DNA of 64,000 nucleotides from Protoeuglena noctilucae (lineage: Eukaryota): contig OY253680.1 in the NCBI GenBank assembly GCA_958009085.1, positions 248,001 through 312,000 of the forward strand, in the 5' to 3' direction. A model generated the notes under the pieces. It did not search any database. It saw nothing but the letters and a program-made list of their open reading frames with translations, and was not told where the DNA came from. Shown here piece after piece: positions 63,541 through 64,000 of this stretch. Position 1 is the first letter of the stretch. Each line of letters opens with the position of its first letter. The position numbers and the translations under genes were made by a program.

Positions 63541-64000
63541 AGACGAGCGATGGAGGACAGGCTCGCTTGCGGCGCGGAACCGGCGGAAGGCCATCCGTCA
63601 CATCACTGGCAGGGCTTCTCGGCCCTTTCCTGGTGTCGTGCGCGGTCCCCAAGGCCTCTATCTCGACGTCAACCTTTGCTGCATGGATTTAAGTCATTCG
63701 CGACAACTCACGTGTCGACGGCGGCTCTCCACGACGCGAAACGGTCCCCCGGGCCTCGGTCGTCGCCTCTATCGAAATGTCGACGAAATTTCCCATTCCT
63801 TGGATCACAAACAAGCGGGGTGAGGCGTCGAGCGAGAAGGACGGGCCGCGCTCGAGACGGCGGTAGTCTCGGGGCTTGCGACGCTCACAAGGGGCCGCCT
63901 TGGGGCCTCCCCGCGAGCTAGACCCTCTCAATTATGACGTTTGGTGACGATGCGCATGAGGCGAGCATGCGGGAGGCTCCCACGCCGCCGTGCGGGGGTG

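Noticed and set aside
1..64000. Hundreds of long Arg/Pro/Ala/Gly-rich ORFs in the six-frame track (e.g. 38666-40870, 40576-42537, 53676-54902, 62161-63594)
   Set aside because: These are shadow or antisense frames expected at very high GC; they overlap better-supported spliced genes and carry no domain motifs.
1..64000. Introner-like repeated introns, transposons, tRNA or rRNA genes
   Set aside because: By eye, introns share no family-level similarity and no transposase/RT motifs or structural RNA signatures were seen; a self-alignment and tRNAscan/Infernal run would be needed to be certain.

Overview
Intron-rich, very GC-rich, compact eukaryotic nuclear DNA, most consistent with a green alga. 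The evidence is a plastid-targeted trigger factor, an AP2/ANT-type transcription factor, an EBS/SHL-type reader, starch-binding proteins, HCCS-type cytochrome c maturation and a selenoprotein; a pedinophyte/prasinophyte-grade alga is only a guess. I reconstructed about 19 spliced protein-coding genes by hand, many in head-to-head pairs: RCC1-repeat protein, BAH-PHD-Myb, membrane selenoprotein (MSP-like), bZIP, VAC14, CBM48-SPP phosphatase, FNTA, HCCS, beta-helix protein, XK-like/ankyrin giant, an orphan ~1800-aa polytopic membrane protein, WDR53-like, TIG, AP2, UXT, CBM20 protein, a low-complexity protein, HEP1/DNLZ and RRS1. Highlights: (1) a selenoprotein gene the ORF track truncates, with up to two in-frame UGA codons and a type II SECIS with a non-canonical UUGA core; (2) a divergent pair of giant membrane-protein genes I cannot assign to known architectures; (3) an EBS/SHL reader fused to a telobox-type Myb domain; (4) frequent GC-AG introns; (5) recurrent short duplications of exon ends and splice donors, one diverged mostly at synonymous sites. 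All gene models are manual and unverified by RNA data or database searches, and many start positions are uncertain. I saw no rRNA, tRNA, CRISPR or transposase.
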